Shown here piece by piece: positions 9,111 through 17,334 of a stretch of DNA of 42,729 bases. Numbering within the stretch: position 1 is the stretch's first letter; every line of letters begins with the position of its first letter. This DNA is from Methanothermococcus sp. SCGC AD-155-E23. GTDB lineage: Archaea > AGJL01 > Methanococci > Methanococcales > Methanococcaceae. A program made the translations under genes and the position numbers. A model generated the notes under the pieces. It did no database searches and was not told the origin of the DNA. It worked only from the letters and a program-made list of their open reading frames with translations. The stretch lies in NCBI GenBank assembly GCA_019561615.1, contig JAHEQA010000026.1, positions 1 to 42,729 of the forward strand, written 5' to 3'.

Positions 9111-10351
9111 GGTTTTACCATTAAGTCTTTAATACTATCCCTGTAGGATACATCTATTACGGTGGCTCCCCTTCTTTTTAGCTCCTTAATAATCTTCCTC
9201 CTATTCTCGTAGTGTTTATAGAGCCTCAGTAGTATGTCCTCCTCTAATAGATCCTCTTCATCTAGATTAAAAGAGGGTGTATAGAGGGCATAGATTATTA
9301 CCTTAAATCCCTTTCTAGTCAGAATATTTACACTTTTAAAAAGAGGTACTATATTTGACTCCAGGTCTGTGATTATTATTACAGTTCCAGCCTTCATTCT
9401 ACTTAGAAGTTTTGCACACTGAAGGATACCAGGACTTTTAGAGAGGGGGAAGTTATTATTACATCTTTTTTCACAGATACCCCTTACATTTGGAATATAT
9501 CTCTTTATCTGAAATACTTCTATCTCCCTGAGATCCTCTAAAATTCTCTTCTTAACATTTCTATCTGAATACACCTTTAGGATCCGATAGTCGTCGTAGA
9601 GGATAATATTCAGATCCCCTTTACTTCCCTCCACAATACTCAAGAGTAGCGATAGGGCGTAGTCCAACTTACTTCTATCCCTCTTTGCAAACCTCCTCAT
9701 ACTACTTCCCACATCTAGTAACAGATAGACACTTTTCTCCTCTAGATGAATAAGTTTTCTAACAATTAATTTACCTACTTTGAAAGACCTCTTCCAATCT
9801 ATCCTCCTGGGATCGTCTCCAACTTCATAGAATTTCAACCCCCATATTTCTGGATCGGGAACACTAGATAGGAGGGACATCTGGCTTCTCTTCTCTATAC
9901 TGTATTTTAAACCTTCAAGGGAGGGTTCCACCTGTAGTTTAAAGGATGCAGAGTAATCTGTGCTAAATAACCCCCTTACATCGTGTAACCTACCCTTTAC
10001 CTCTAGTGTAAACTCCCCCTTTTTAAAGGGGATTACATTTATTACATATTTCCATACCTTCCCCTTTAATACCCTGTAGGAGAGTACCCCATGAGGTGAG
10101 GAAAAATCAAGAACAGGTACTGTATCCTTCCCATGAACTTTAAATACTATCCTGGAACATTGGCGCTCCTTTAAGGTACTCCTCTCTAACTCCCCTTCTA
10201 TTTTTAAATTGGAGGTACTCTCAATGAGATAGAGGTATAGAAAAATAGAGATGCCCAAAAATGTACTAAGGAGGTTGTTAAGTATATACCCACAGGTGAG
10301 ACAGAGTATGCCAAATCTTAAAAGTGTTCTGGAGTATTCCGTTGTATCCAT
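9086..10351 (-). CDS. DUF58 (vWA-like) protein
   Basis: LKFYEVGDDPRRIDWKRS and LLLDVGSSM (MIDAS-like DxGxS) motifs, two N-terminal TM helices, next to MoxR. Confidence 0.88.
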   Translation of the reverse strand: MDTTEYSRTLLRFGILCLTCGYILNNLLSTFLGISIFLYLYLIESTSNLKIEGELERSTLKERQCSRIVFKVHGKDTVPVLDFSSPHGVLSYRVLKGKVWKYVINVIPFKKGEFTLEVKGRLHDVRGLFSTDYSASFKLQVEPSLEGLKYSIEKRSQMSLLSSVPDPEIWGLKFYEVGDDPRRIDWKRSFKVGKLIVRKLIHLEEKSVYLLLDVGSSMRRFAKRDRSKLDYALSLLLSIVEGSKGDLNIILYDDYRILKVYSDRNVKKRILEDLREIEVFQIKRYIPNVRGICEKRCNNNFPLSKSPGILQCAKLLSRMKAGTVIIITDLESNIVPLFKSVNILTRKGFKVIIYALYTPSFNLDEEDLLEEDILLRLYKHYENRRKIIKELKRRGATVIDVSYRDSIKDLMVKPCTGCYYS

Positions 10352-10368
10352 GAGAATCTCCTTTAAAA

Positions 10369-11298
10369 TCAGTCGTACCTAAAGTCCCCTTTTGGCACCT
10401 CTACCCTATCCAGTATATCCCTTAGAACACTCTCTACAGGCTCTTCCACCTCGTAGTCTAATACAATCCTATGACTTAAAACCTTCAGTACATTATCTTT
10501 AACATCGTCGGGGATTACATACCTCCTACCTTCCAGGTAGGCGTTACCCTTTGCTATCTTAAGTAACTGTACTCCAGCCCTTGTACTTGCACCTAGTACC
10601 ACCCTCTTATCTCTCCTGGTATGCACTACAATATCCCTGATATACTTCAATATAGCCCTGGATACGTGGATACTGTCCACCTCTTTAAAAACCTCCTCCA
10701 TGGTATTTCTATCTAGGATGGTGTTTATCTCCTCCCTCTCCTCCTCATTATTCTTTAGTGTCAATACCTTCAACTCCTCCTCCTCACTTAAGTAATGGAT
10801 CTTAGATTTTATCATGAATCTGTCCAACTGGGCTGTGGGTAGTGGATATACCCCTTCAAATTCCACAGGATTCTGGGTTGCAATAACCATGAAAGGTGTA
10901 GGTAGTGAATAGGTCTTCCCCCCAACTGATACACTGTTCTCCTCCATAGCCTCTACCAGTGCAGACTGGGTCTTTGGAGACATCCTGTTTATCTCATCTA
11001 CTAGGAGGATATTGGAGAAGATAGGTCCTGGAATGTATTTAAAATCCCCCAGGTTTATGTCGTATATCTCACCACCTACTATATCAGAGGGGATGAGATC
11101 TGGAGTACCCTGTATCCTGGAAAAATTCAATCCTATACACTGGGAGAATGTCCTGGCTAATGTGGTCTTGGCGAGCCCTGGAACACCCTCCAGTAGGATA
11201 TGCCCCCTGCAGATAAAGGATAGAAATAGATCTCTTATTACGTCGTCTAATCCTATAACTCTTTTTCCTACTTCCTCCCTTAATCTTTCGAAGATCAT
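10369..11298 (-). CDS. moxR: MoxR-family AAA+ ATPase
   Basis: GHILLEGVPGLAKT (Walker A), RIQGTPDL.PSD, LLVDEINR (Walker B), ATQNP.E.EG.YPLP.AQLDRF. Confidence 0.93.
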   Translation of the reverse strand: MIFERLREEVGKRVIGLDDVIRDLFLSFICRGHILLEGVPGLAKTTLARTFSQCIGLNFSRIQGTPDLIPSDIVGGEIYDINLGDFKYIPGPIFSNILLVDEINRMSPKTQSALVEAMEENSVSVGGKTYSLPTPFMVIATQNPVEFEGVYPLPTAQLDRFMIKSKIHYLSEEEELKVLTLKNNEEEREEINTILDRNTMEEVFKEVDSIHVSRAILKYIRDIVVHTRRDKRVVLGASTRAGVQLLKIAKGNAYLEGRRYVIPDDVKDNVLKVLSHRIVLDYEVEEPVESVLRDILDRVEVPKGDFRYD

Positions 11299-12269
11299 AG
11301 TATCCTATTTACAATCTTGTAAAGGGTAGATATATCAAGGTGATACTTTTTACTAACATCTTCCAGGATTTTTCTGAGAGATAACTCCTCTTTATATTTA
11401 AAATTATTTGCAACAAGTTTCTCTATTGGATATCTAAGTAGTCTAAGTATCTTATTGGCTATTACTGTAGCTATCAGTATGCCTGTAAAGAGGTAACTTA
11501 ATAATTCAGGTGTAACGTTGTTACTTCGAACAGCCACTGTTACAATATTTTGAGGGTTCACGTCAAGGTGGTGATACTCGTCGAAATATATGGCACTTTT
11601 TTCTGAGTAGTTGAAGTAACTCTTTAAAAAATCCCTGTTGTAGTTGAAGAATTCATTTTTAAATATTGCTGGGTCGGAGATCAGTATTACTTTACCACTA
11701 CCGTAATCCTTCTCCACTATAAGTGGATAGGAGGACTCCTCCCCTGGTTCAGGGTATTTGCCAATTCTACTAGATCTACTGGAGTATACTAAAACTGTAC
11801 CCTTATCTTTACCTATGATTGCAGAGGGGTTTTCCATTAGGACATAGTCATAGGCATAGAGTTCCACAGGCCTCGTTATATCGTAGAGTGGATCTTTAGA
11901 GAATCTGAAAGAGATATTTAAGTGTTTTAAGATGTGGTTGCCCTCCTTGGAGTTATCTGCAAGGATTAATATATTTCCCGAGGATATGTATCTCTTCAGG
12001 TTTTTTACTTCTTCTTCTGTAAATCCCACATCTGGAGAGATGATAAATAGAACGGAATTTTCTTTTAGATCCTCTCTACTGTAGGGATATATTAAAGGTC
12101 TTGTATTGTTGTTCATCCTGTACATTAATTTAAAGAAGTTGGAACATCCCTCTTTTTCTCTGTTGAATACACTGTAAGGTTGGGTGGTTTTAATAGTGGG
12201 AATTACTAGGGGCATGGCTATAAACCCTAGCATTAGAAGGACTAGTAAAATAAAGTGTTCTGTTCTCAT
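11295..12269 (-). CDS. DUF4350 domain membrane protein
   Basis: N-terminal TM helix, YSVFN...GCS.F, G.GKVILISDP..F.N, IYFDEYH and a C-terminal TM helix. ATGA overlap with moxR. Confidence 0.78.
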   Translation of the reverse strand: MRTEHFILLVLLMLGFIAMPLVIPTIKTTQPYSVFNREKEGCSNFFKLMYRMNNNTRPLIYPYSREDLKENSVLFIISPDVGFTEEEVKNLKRYISSGNILILADNSKEGNHILKHLNISFRFSKDPLYDITRPVELYAYDYVLMENPSAIIGKDKGTVLVYSSRSSRIGKYPEPGEESSYPLIVEKDYGSGKVILISDPAIFKNEFFNYNRDFLKSYFNYSEKSAIYFDEYHHLDVNPQNIVTVAVRSNNVTPELLSYLFTGILIATVIANKILRLLRYPIEKLVANNFKYKEELSLRKILEDVSKKYHLDISTLYKIVNRIL

Positions 12270-12398
12270 TGGGAAACACCGGAGGTTAAGTATTTTAGTT
12301 AAGAGTTATTATTATTGGGATGGAATGTTAAGGGAATTGCTCCTATTTAATCTTGGAGATGGTATTAATTTTTGATGGACATTAAAAGTGAGGTATGT

Positions 12399-12680
12399 AT
12401 GGACAACATATTTAACTCCGAGGTCAGGGTAAAGGTGTTGGCTCTGTTATACGGGGTGAAGTACTGTGAATTCAACTATCTCTTGAAAAAACTGGGAACC
12501 TCCCCTGGAAATCTCTGGACCCATTTAAAGAGACTTGAAAAAGAGGGTTATGTTGAGGTGAAGAAGTATCCCCTGAAGAAAGGGGTGAGAACTATAGTCA
12601 AGATTACAGAGAAAGGTGCTGAGAAGTTTAGAGAGTATCTAAATGAGTTGTTAAAACTCTCAGGTGGAGAGGTTTCATAA
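12399..12680 (+). CDS. Winged-helix transcriptional regulator (ArsR/MarR-like, HTH_34 type)
   Basis: IFNSEVRVKVLALL....CEFNYL...LG.SPGNL..HL..LEKEGYVEV.K.......RT...ITEKG...F..Y. Start ATG 12399 behind GTGAGGT. Confidence 0.88.
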   Translation: MDNIFNSEVRVKVLALLYGVKYCEFNYLLKKLGTSPGNLWTHLKRLEKEGYVEVKKYPLKKGVRTIVKITEKGAEKFREYLNELLKLSGGEVS

Positions 12681-12683
12681 TAA

Positions 12684-12702
12684 TACTTTGTATTACAAAG
12701 TA
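12684..12702. promoter_or_regulatory. Perfect 9-1-9 palindrome TACTTTGTA-T-TACAAAGTA, candidate operator
   Basis: Read directly from the sequence. It ends 9 nt upstream of the TTTATATA box in front of the pilin genes. Confidence 0.65.
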
Positions 12703-12711
12703 ATTGTAATA

Positions 12712-12719
12712 TTTATATA
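12712..12719 (+). promoter_or_regulatory. Archaeal TATA box (TTTATATA) for the pilin genes
   Basis: Consensus TATA box about 60 nt upstream of the pilin ATG, followed by a strong GGAGGTGA RBS. Confidence 0.6.
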
Positions 12720-12777
12720 CTAAAGTTAAGGTAGTATAATAATGCCCAGGAAATAAGTGATAAGGAGGTGAGTAGTT

Positions 12778-13005
12778 ATGCTAATGGAGAAGTTAATGTC
12801 CAAGAGAGGACAGGTCTCCATGGAGATAGGTATTCTAGTTGCAGCTGCTATTGCAGTTGCTGCAATTGCTGCATACTTCTATGTTGTAAATATTCAACAG
12901 AGTGCTTCTAGGGCAGGAAATGCTTCAAATGCTACAATCCAAGAATTGCAAGGTGTAGCAATAGATTATGCTCAGAGAATGAGGAATTTAACAAATTCAA
13001 CATAA
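12778..13005 (+). CDS. Class III signal peptide type IV pilin, probable major pilin (Methanococcus MMP1685/EpdE-like)
   Basis: SKRG/QVSMEIGILVAAAIAVAAIAAYFY carries the EppA-type QxSxE motif and closely resembles the M. maripaludis major pilin N-terminus as I recall it. Four N-x-S/T sequons (NAS, NAT, NLT, NST). Confidence 0.88.
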   Translation: MLMEKLMSKRGQVSMEIGILVAAAIAVAAIAAYFYVVNIQQSASRAGNASNATIQELQGVAIDYAQRMRNLTNST

Positions 13006-13109
13006 AAAATTTTTCTATCTATTTTTTACTATTTTTTTATCGGTGTATGTATGTCATTAATAATTAAGTTACTCTCCAAAAGAGGACAGGTCTCCATGGA
13101 GATAGGTAT
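12805..13109 (+). repeat. 29-bp exact direct repeat AGAGGACAGGTCTCCATGGAGATAGGTAT (12805-12833 and 13081-13109)
   Basis: Identical DNA encoding RGQVSMEIG in both pilin genes. Confidence 0.9.
13006..13040 (+). terminator. Oligo-T tracts after the first pilin gene (putative archaeal terminator)
   Basis: T5, T6 and T7 runs immediately downstream of the stop codon. Confidence 0.5.
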
Positions 13110-13269
13110 CTTAATTATTGCAACGATCACTGTGTCCACCATTGCTATCTACTATTATATAAACAACTATATAAACCTCAACTCCAATGCCCCACAAAAA
13201 GCAGTAAATGAAACCATTAACTCATTAAGTAATGTGTCTAAAAAATACAGTAATTTAATGAAACAATAA
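13051..13269 (+). CDS. Second class III signal peptide pilin (paralogue)
   Basis: SKRG/QVSMEIGILIIATITVSTIAIYYY. Sequons NET and NVS. Confidence 0.85.
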   Translation: MSLIIKLLSKRGQVSMEIGILIIATITVSTIAIYYYINNYINLNSNAPQKAVNETINSLSNVSKKYSNLMKQ

Positions 13270-13314
13270 AACTTCTAATTTTGTTTGTTACTAACTCCTA
13301 AAACAAACATAGTA

Positions 13315-14340
13315 TTAACTACCACTATTCTCCACTACCTTCTCCTTAAAAATCTCATAGCATAGATCTAAAACCTCCCTTATCACCTCCTCTTTACTTC
13401 TACTTTTATCGTATCTTGCATTTAACCCTGCAGCCTCCCTATGTCCACCACCTTCCCCCCCTAACCTCCTGGCAACCTCCTCCATCAACTCCCCCATGTG
13501 CACCTTCCTAGCTAGAGACTTCCTACACCTCCCACTTACCCTTATCTCCCCCTCCCTCTTCCTCACCGCCACCACAAAGGCCACATCTGCACCTATGGAT
13601 ACTATGGTCTTGGCACAGGAGGCCTCGAAGGAACTTACATGGGAGAGTGCTACAATGTATCCCCCAACCTCCCTTAACTCCATTCTACTACAGGCCTTCA
13701 AATGTGCCATCCTCTTACTCTCATCCATCTCCTGGGTTAGAAGGCTAAGTATCCTCTGAAAGTTGATACCCCTTATAAGCCAGGCTATTATCTGGAAGGT
13801 CTCCTCCCTTGCCAACTTCAAGTGTTTGGTATCGTAGAGGATACCACAGAGTAGAGCTATCCTAATATCCCTTGGGGGATAGATGCCCATCTCCCTGAAT
13901 ATCTGGGAGACTATTTCACAGGTGGAGGTTGCCCCCTCGTCTACTATGGAGAGGGTACAGAGCTCTGAGAGCTCTGTTTTCTTATGGTGATCTATCACTA
14001 CCAGGGTAGAACTCTTTAACTCCTGAGTATCCACCTTTACCTGGTTTAAGTTGGAGGTATCTACAAAGAATACCACATCTAGCAACTTGGGATATTGAAC
14101 AACCTCCACCTCCTCCCCTATCTCCTCAAGTATATTTTTCGACAACTTACTTATAGAGTCTGCAGATATTACAAGGGTTTTATCCTCTGATTTATTTAAA
14201 ACCTTAGCAAGATATTTTAAGGCAATTGCAGCTCCAATTGCATCTGGATCTGCGTTATGATGACAGAGAAAGAGTATACTCTTATTTTCCTGGAGTATCT
14301 TTTTTAGACGGTTTATATCTTCACTTTTTAGTCTTACCAT
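13315..14340 (-). CDS. DHH/DHHA1 family phosphoesterase (NrnA-like)
   Basis: HHNADPDAIG, VDT, IDHH, GILYDT and GGGHREAAG motifs. Confidence 0.9.
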   Translation of the reverse strand: MVRLKSEDINRLKKILQENKSILFLCHHNADPDAIGAAIALKYLAKVLNKSEDKTLVISADSISKLSKNILEEIGEEVEVVQYPKLLDVVFFVDTSNLNQVKVDTQELKSSTLVVIDHHKKTELSELCTLSIVDEGATSTCEIVSQIFREMGIYPPRDIRIALLCGILYDTKHLKLAREETFQIIAWLIRGINFQRILSLLTQEMDESKRMAHLKACSRMELREVGGYIVALSHVSSFEASCAKTIVSIGADVAFVVAVRKREGEIRVSGRCRKSLARKVHMGELMEEVARRLGGEGGGHREAAGLNARYDKSRSKEEVIREVLDLCYEIFKEKVVENSGS

Positions 14341-14370
14341 GTAGACACCATTTTTAATGTTACTTAAACT

Positions 14371-14385
14371 AAAAAACTTTATATA
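14371..14385 (+). promoter_or_regulatory. BRE/TATA promoter of cdhDE
   Basis: AAAAAAC-TTTATATA about 60 nt upstream of the cdhD ATG. Confidence 0.55.
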
Positions 14386-14443
14386 TTATCCTCCAATTTA
14401 TAACGATTTATAATGATAGATTTTTTTGCCCCTGGTGATCTTA

Positions 14444-15634
14444 ATGGGACTAGATGAGGTATTTGAACTTGTGAAAAAAACGAACAGGGTTAAGATAGAC
14501 AGTATAGAGATAACTGCAAATGAGATAGTTATAAACATCCCTACCATATCCCCTATCTCCATACCTCAAACCCCTCCAATAAGAGAGAGTATCAGAAGGA
14601 TAATATCACCTGAGGAACCTAGGATAGAGATACCTGAGGTAGATTGGGAGCCTCCAGTGGAGAAGTATAAGGGCTATATAAGGGAGGTGCAATTTGGCAG
14701 GCCTAAGTCTGAGGGAGGTAGAGGTAAGGTGATAAAGATAGGTGGGCAGAGGGCACTTTACAGGTTCGAGGAGGTGCAGCCAAATCCTCCAGTGGTAACC
14801 TTCGACATCTTCGACATGCCCATGCCTGGGCTACCTAAGCCTGTGAGGGAGTACTTCCAGGATGTGATGGAGGATCCTGTGGAGTGGGCTAAAAAGTGTG
14901 TAAGGGAGTTCAACGCCGATATGGTAACAATACACCACATCTCTACAGATCCAAAGATCAAGGATACCTCCCCAAGGGAGGCTGCAAGGCTGATGGAGGA
15001 TCTCCTCCAGGCTGTAGATGTACCCTTTGTCATTGGAGGTAGTGGAGATCCCAAGAAGGACCCCTTAGTCCTAGAGGCCTGTGCCCAGGTTACAGAGGGG
15101 GAGAGATGTCTTCTTGCATCTGCAAACCTGGATCTAGACTACAAGAGGGTGGCAGACGCCGCCATGAGGTACGACCACAACGTCCTCTCCTGGACTATTA
15201 TGGATCCAAACATGGCCAGGGATTTAAATAGGAGATTGATATCCCATGGCCTTGACGGGGATAGAATTGTTATGGATCCTACAACCTGTTCCCTGGGATA
15301 CGGTATAGAGTTCTCCATAAACGCCATGACAAGGTTGAGATTGGCAGGTTTGAAAGGTGACGAACTGGTAAATATGCCCATGTCCTCTGGAACTACAAAC
15401 GCCATAGGTGCAAGGGAGGCCTGGATGGCTAAACCAGAGTGGGGGGATAGGAGATACAGGTTACCACTCTGGGAGATTACAACGGGATTGACTATGCTCC
15501 TCTGTGGTGTAGATCTATTTATGATGCTCCACCCTCTCTCTGCCACGGTGATAAAGGAGTTTGGAAGGCTGCTTGTAAGTAAGCCTGGGAAGATAGAGGT
15601 AAGTAGTGACAACTACCAGTGGATTAAGGCCTAG
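14444..15634 (+). CDS. cdhD: Acetyl-CoA decarbonylase/synthase complex delta subunit (corrinoid Fe-S protein small subunit)
   Basis: IGGSGDP.KDP.VLE, MDPTT..LGYGIE and AREAW....WG....R..LWE motifs. Start ATG 14444 behind GGTGA. Confidence 0.93.
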   Translation: MGLDEVFELVKKTNRVKIDSIEITANEIVINIPTISPISIPQTPPIRESIRRIISPEEPRIEIPEVDWEPPVEKYKGYIREVQFGRPKSEGGRGKVIKIGGQRALYRFEEVQPNPPVVTFDIFDMPMPGLPKPVREYFQDVMEDPVEWAKKCVREFNADMVTIHHISTDPKIKDTSPREAARLMEDLLQAVDVPFVIGGSGDPKKDPLVLEACAQVTEGERCLLASANLDLDYKRVADAAMRYDHNVLSWTIMDPNMARDLNRRLISHGLDGDRIVMDPTTCSLGYGIEFSINAMTRLRLAGLKGDELVNMPMSSGTTNAIGAREAWMAKPEWGDRRYRLPLWEITTGLTMLLCGVDLFMMLHPLSATVIKEFGRLLVSKPGKIEVSSDNYQWIKA

Positions 15635-15647
15635 TATCGGTGATAGG

Positions 15648-17126
15648 ATGGCAAAGAAAATAAGTGCCATGGATATCTACAAACTGCTTCCAAAGATAAA
15701 CTGTAAGAAATGTGGAGAGTCTTCCTGTATGGCCTTTGCCACGAAACTACAGGAGAGGAAGGCCTCCCTTGATCAATGTCCTGTCTTAAAATCCCCAAAG
15801 TTTGAGAAGAATAGAAAGAAACTTGAGGAATTGCTCTCCCCACCTGTAAAGGAGGTATGGTTTGGATACAAGGATAGGAAGGCTATTCTAGGTGGGGAGG
15901 AGGTGATGTACAGGTATGAACTTACCTTCTTCAACCCCACAGCTATAGGAGTGGATATATCAGATAAACTATCTGAGGAGGAGATAAGGAGGAGGGCTAA
16001 ATTTATTGAGGACTTTTTCTTTGAGAGAACTGGGGAGAAGTTGAAGTTAGATTTTATAGCCCTAAGGAATGCCTCAGATGATCCTGAGAGGTTTGTAAGG
16101 GCTTTAGAAATAATTCAGGAGAGTACAAAGGTACCAGTTGCCCTCTGCTCCCTAAATGTAGAGAGTATAGAGAGGGCCCTAGATGTTGTAAAATCTAAAC
16201 CTCTGATATATGCAGTGACAGAGCAGAATTTCCCTGAAATGATGAAGATGTTGATATCAAAGAAAAAAGATAAAAAGGATTTTGCAGTGGTACTCTCCTC
16301 CAGTAACATTAAAACACTCAAGGGTATGGTCAAGGCCTCCCTTTCTCATGGTATAGAGGATCTAGTTTTAGATCCTCACACTACACCTGAAAATATCATG
16401 GATACCCTTGACAGGTTTGTAATGATAAGGAGAAGTGCCATAGAGAGAGGGGATAAACTTCTAGGATATCCCATCTTAGGACTTCCAATAAATACCTACT
16501 TCTACGTCTTAAGTGGTAACAATCCAATAGGCCAGTTTGTAAAGGAGCTGGATAAGGCTGCTGCCATTATGGAGGCCAGTGCAGCCTGTGCCATGTTAAA
16601 TAGGTATGCAGATGGGATCATCATCCACGGTACAGAGATCTGGGAGTTGATGCCAATACTTACCCTTAGACAGGCTATATATACTGATCCTAGGAAACCT
16701 CAAGCTGTGGAGCCTGGTCTCTATCCAATTGGAAACCCAGATGAGAACAGTCCAGTAATTATGACCACAAACTTCTCCCTAACATTCTATACGGTAACTG
16801 GGGACTTTGAAAAGGACGGTGTTACATGCTGGCTCCTAGTTATGGATACAGAGGGTAAGGCTGTTGATGTTGCAGTGGCTGGGGGACAGTACTGTGGGGA
16901 GAACGCTAAAAAATTAATAGAGGAGACAAAGATAGGGGAGAAGGTAAACCACAGGATTATTATACTTCCAGGATTGGCAGCCCCTGTAAGGGGTGATATT
17001 GAGGAGAAGACTGGCTGGACATGTGTAGTTGGGACGAGGGACTCCTCCCAGGTTGGAGAGTTTCTAAGGAAGAACTGGAATAGGATACTTGAGGAGTGGA
17101 GGGCTAAACAGGGATCTGGGAATTAA
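15648..17126 (+). CDS. cdhE: Acetyl-CoA decarbonylase/synthase complex gamma subunit
   Basis: IYKLLPKINCKKCG..SCMAFA...CP Fe-S motif, IYTDPRKP and TTNFSLT. Start ATG 15648 behind GGTGA. Confidence 0.94.
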   Translation: MAKKISAMDIYKLLPKINCKKCGESSCMAFATKLQERKASLDQCPVLKSPKFEKNRKKLEELLSPPVKEVWFGYKDRKAILGGEEVMYRYELTFFNPTAIGVDISDKLSEEEIRRRAKFIEDFFFERTGEKLKLDFIALRNASDDPERFVRALEIIQESTKVPVALCSLNVESIERALDVVKSKPLIYAVTEQNFPEMMKMLISKKKDKKDFAVVLSSSNIKTLKGMVKASLSHGIEDLVLDPHTTPENIMDTLDRFVMIRRSAIERGDKLLGYPILGLPINTYFYVLSGNNPIGQFVKELDKAAAIMEASAACAMLNRYADGIIIHGTEIWELMPILTLRQAIYTDPRKPQAVEPGLYPIGNPDENSPVIMTTNFSLTFYTVTGDFEKDGVTCWLLVMDTEGKAVDVAVAGGQYCGENAKKLIEETKIGEKVNHRIIILPGLAAPVRGDIEEKTGWTCVVGTRDSSQVGEFLRKNWNRILEEWRAKQGSGN

Positions 17127-17142
17127 TTTTAATTTTTTAATA

Positions 17143-17156
17143 GAAAAGTATATATA
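17143..17156 (+). promoter_or_regulatory. BRE/TATA promoter of tRNA-Gln
   Basis: GAAAAG-TATATATA about 43 nt upstream of the mature tRNA 5' end. Confidence 0.55.
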
Positions 17157-17198
17157 GGAGAATTGACTATTAAGGTTTTGCTCAATTGGATGGGATGT

Positions 17199-17274
17199 AG
17201 CCCGGTGGTGTAGTGGCCTATCATCCGGGGCTTTGGACCCCGGGACCGCGGTTCGAATCCGCGCCGGGCTACCA
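17199..17274 (+). tRNA. tRNA-Gln (anticodon TTG), CCA encoded, no intron
   Basis: Acceptor stem AGCCCGG/CCGGGCT with the A1-U72 pair typical of archaeal tRNA-Gln, anticodon arm CGGGG-CTTTGGA-CCCCG, T arm CGCGG-TTCGAAT-CCGCG, ending ACCA. Confidence 0.97.
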
Positions 17275-17334
17275 TTTATTTTTTAGAAATAAATATCCAA
17301 ACATTTAAATATACAAAAATATCCTGTGATACAG

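Noticed and set aside
12270-12398. Possible remnant of a membrane-protein gene upstream of the wHTH regulator
   Set aside because: Only short hydrophobic fragments in different frames; this cannot be supported without a homology search.
17199-17330. tRNA-Gln as an integration site for a mobile element
   Set aside because: No integrase and no duplicated tRNA 3' end were seen, and the flanking genes are ordinary chromosomal ones.
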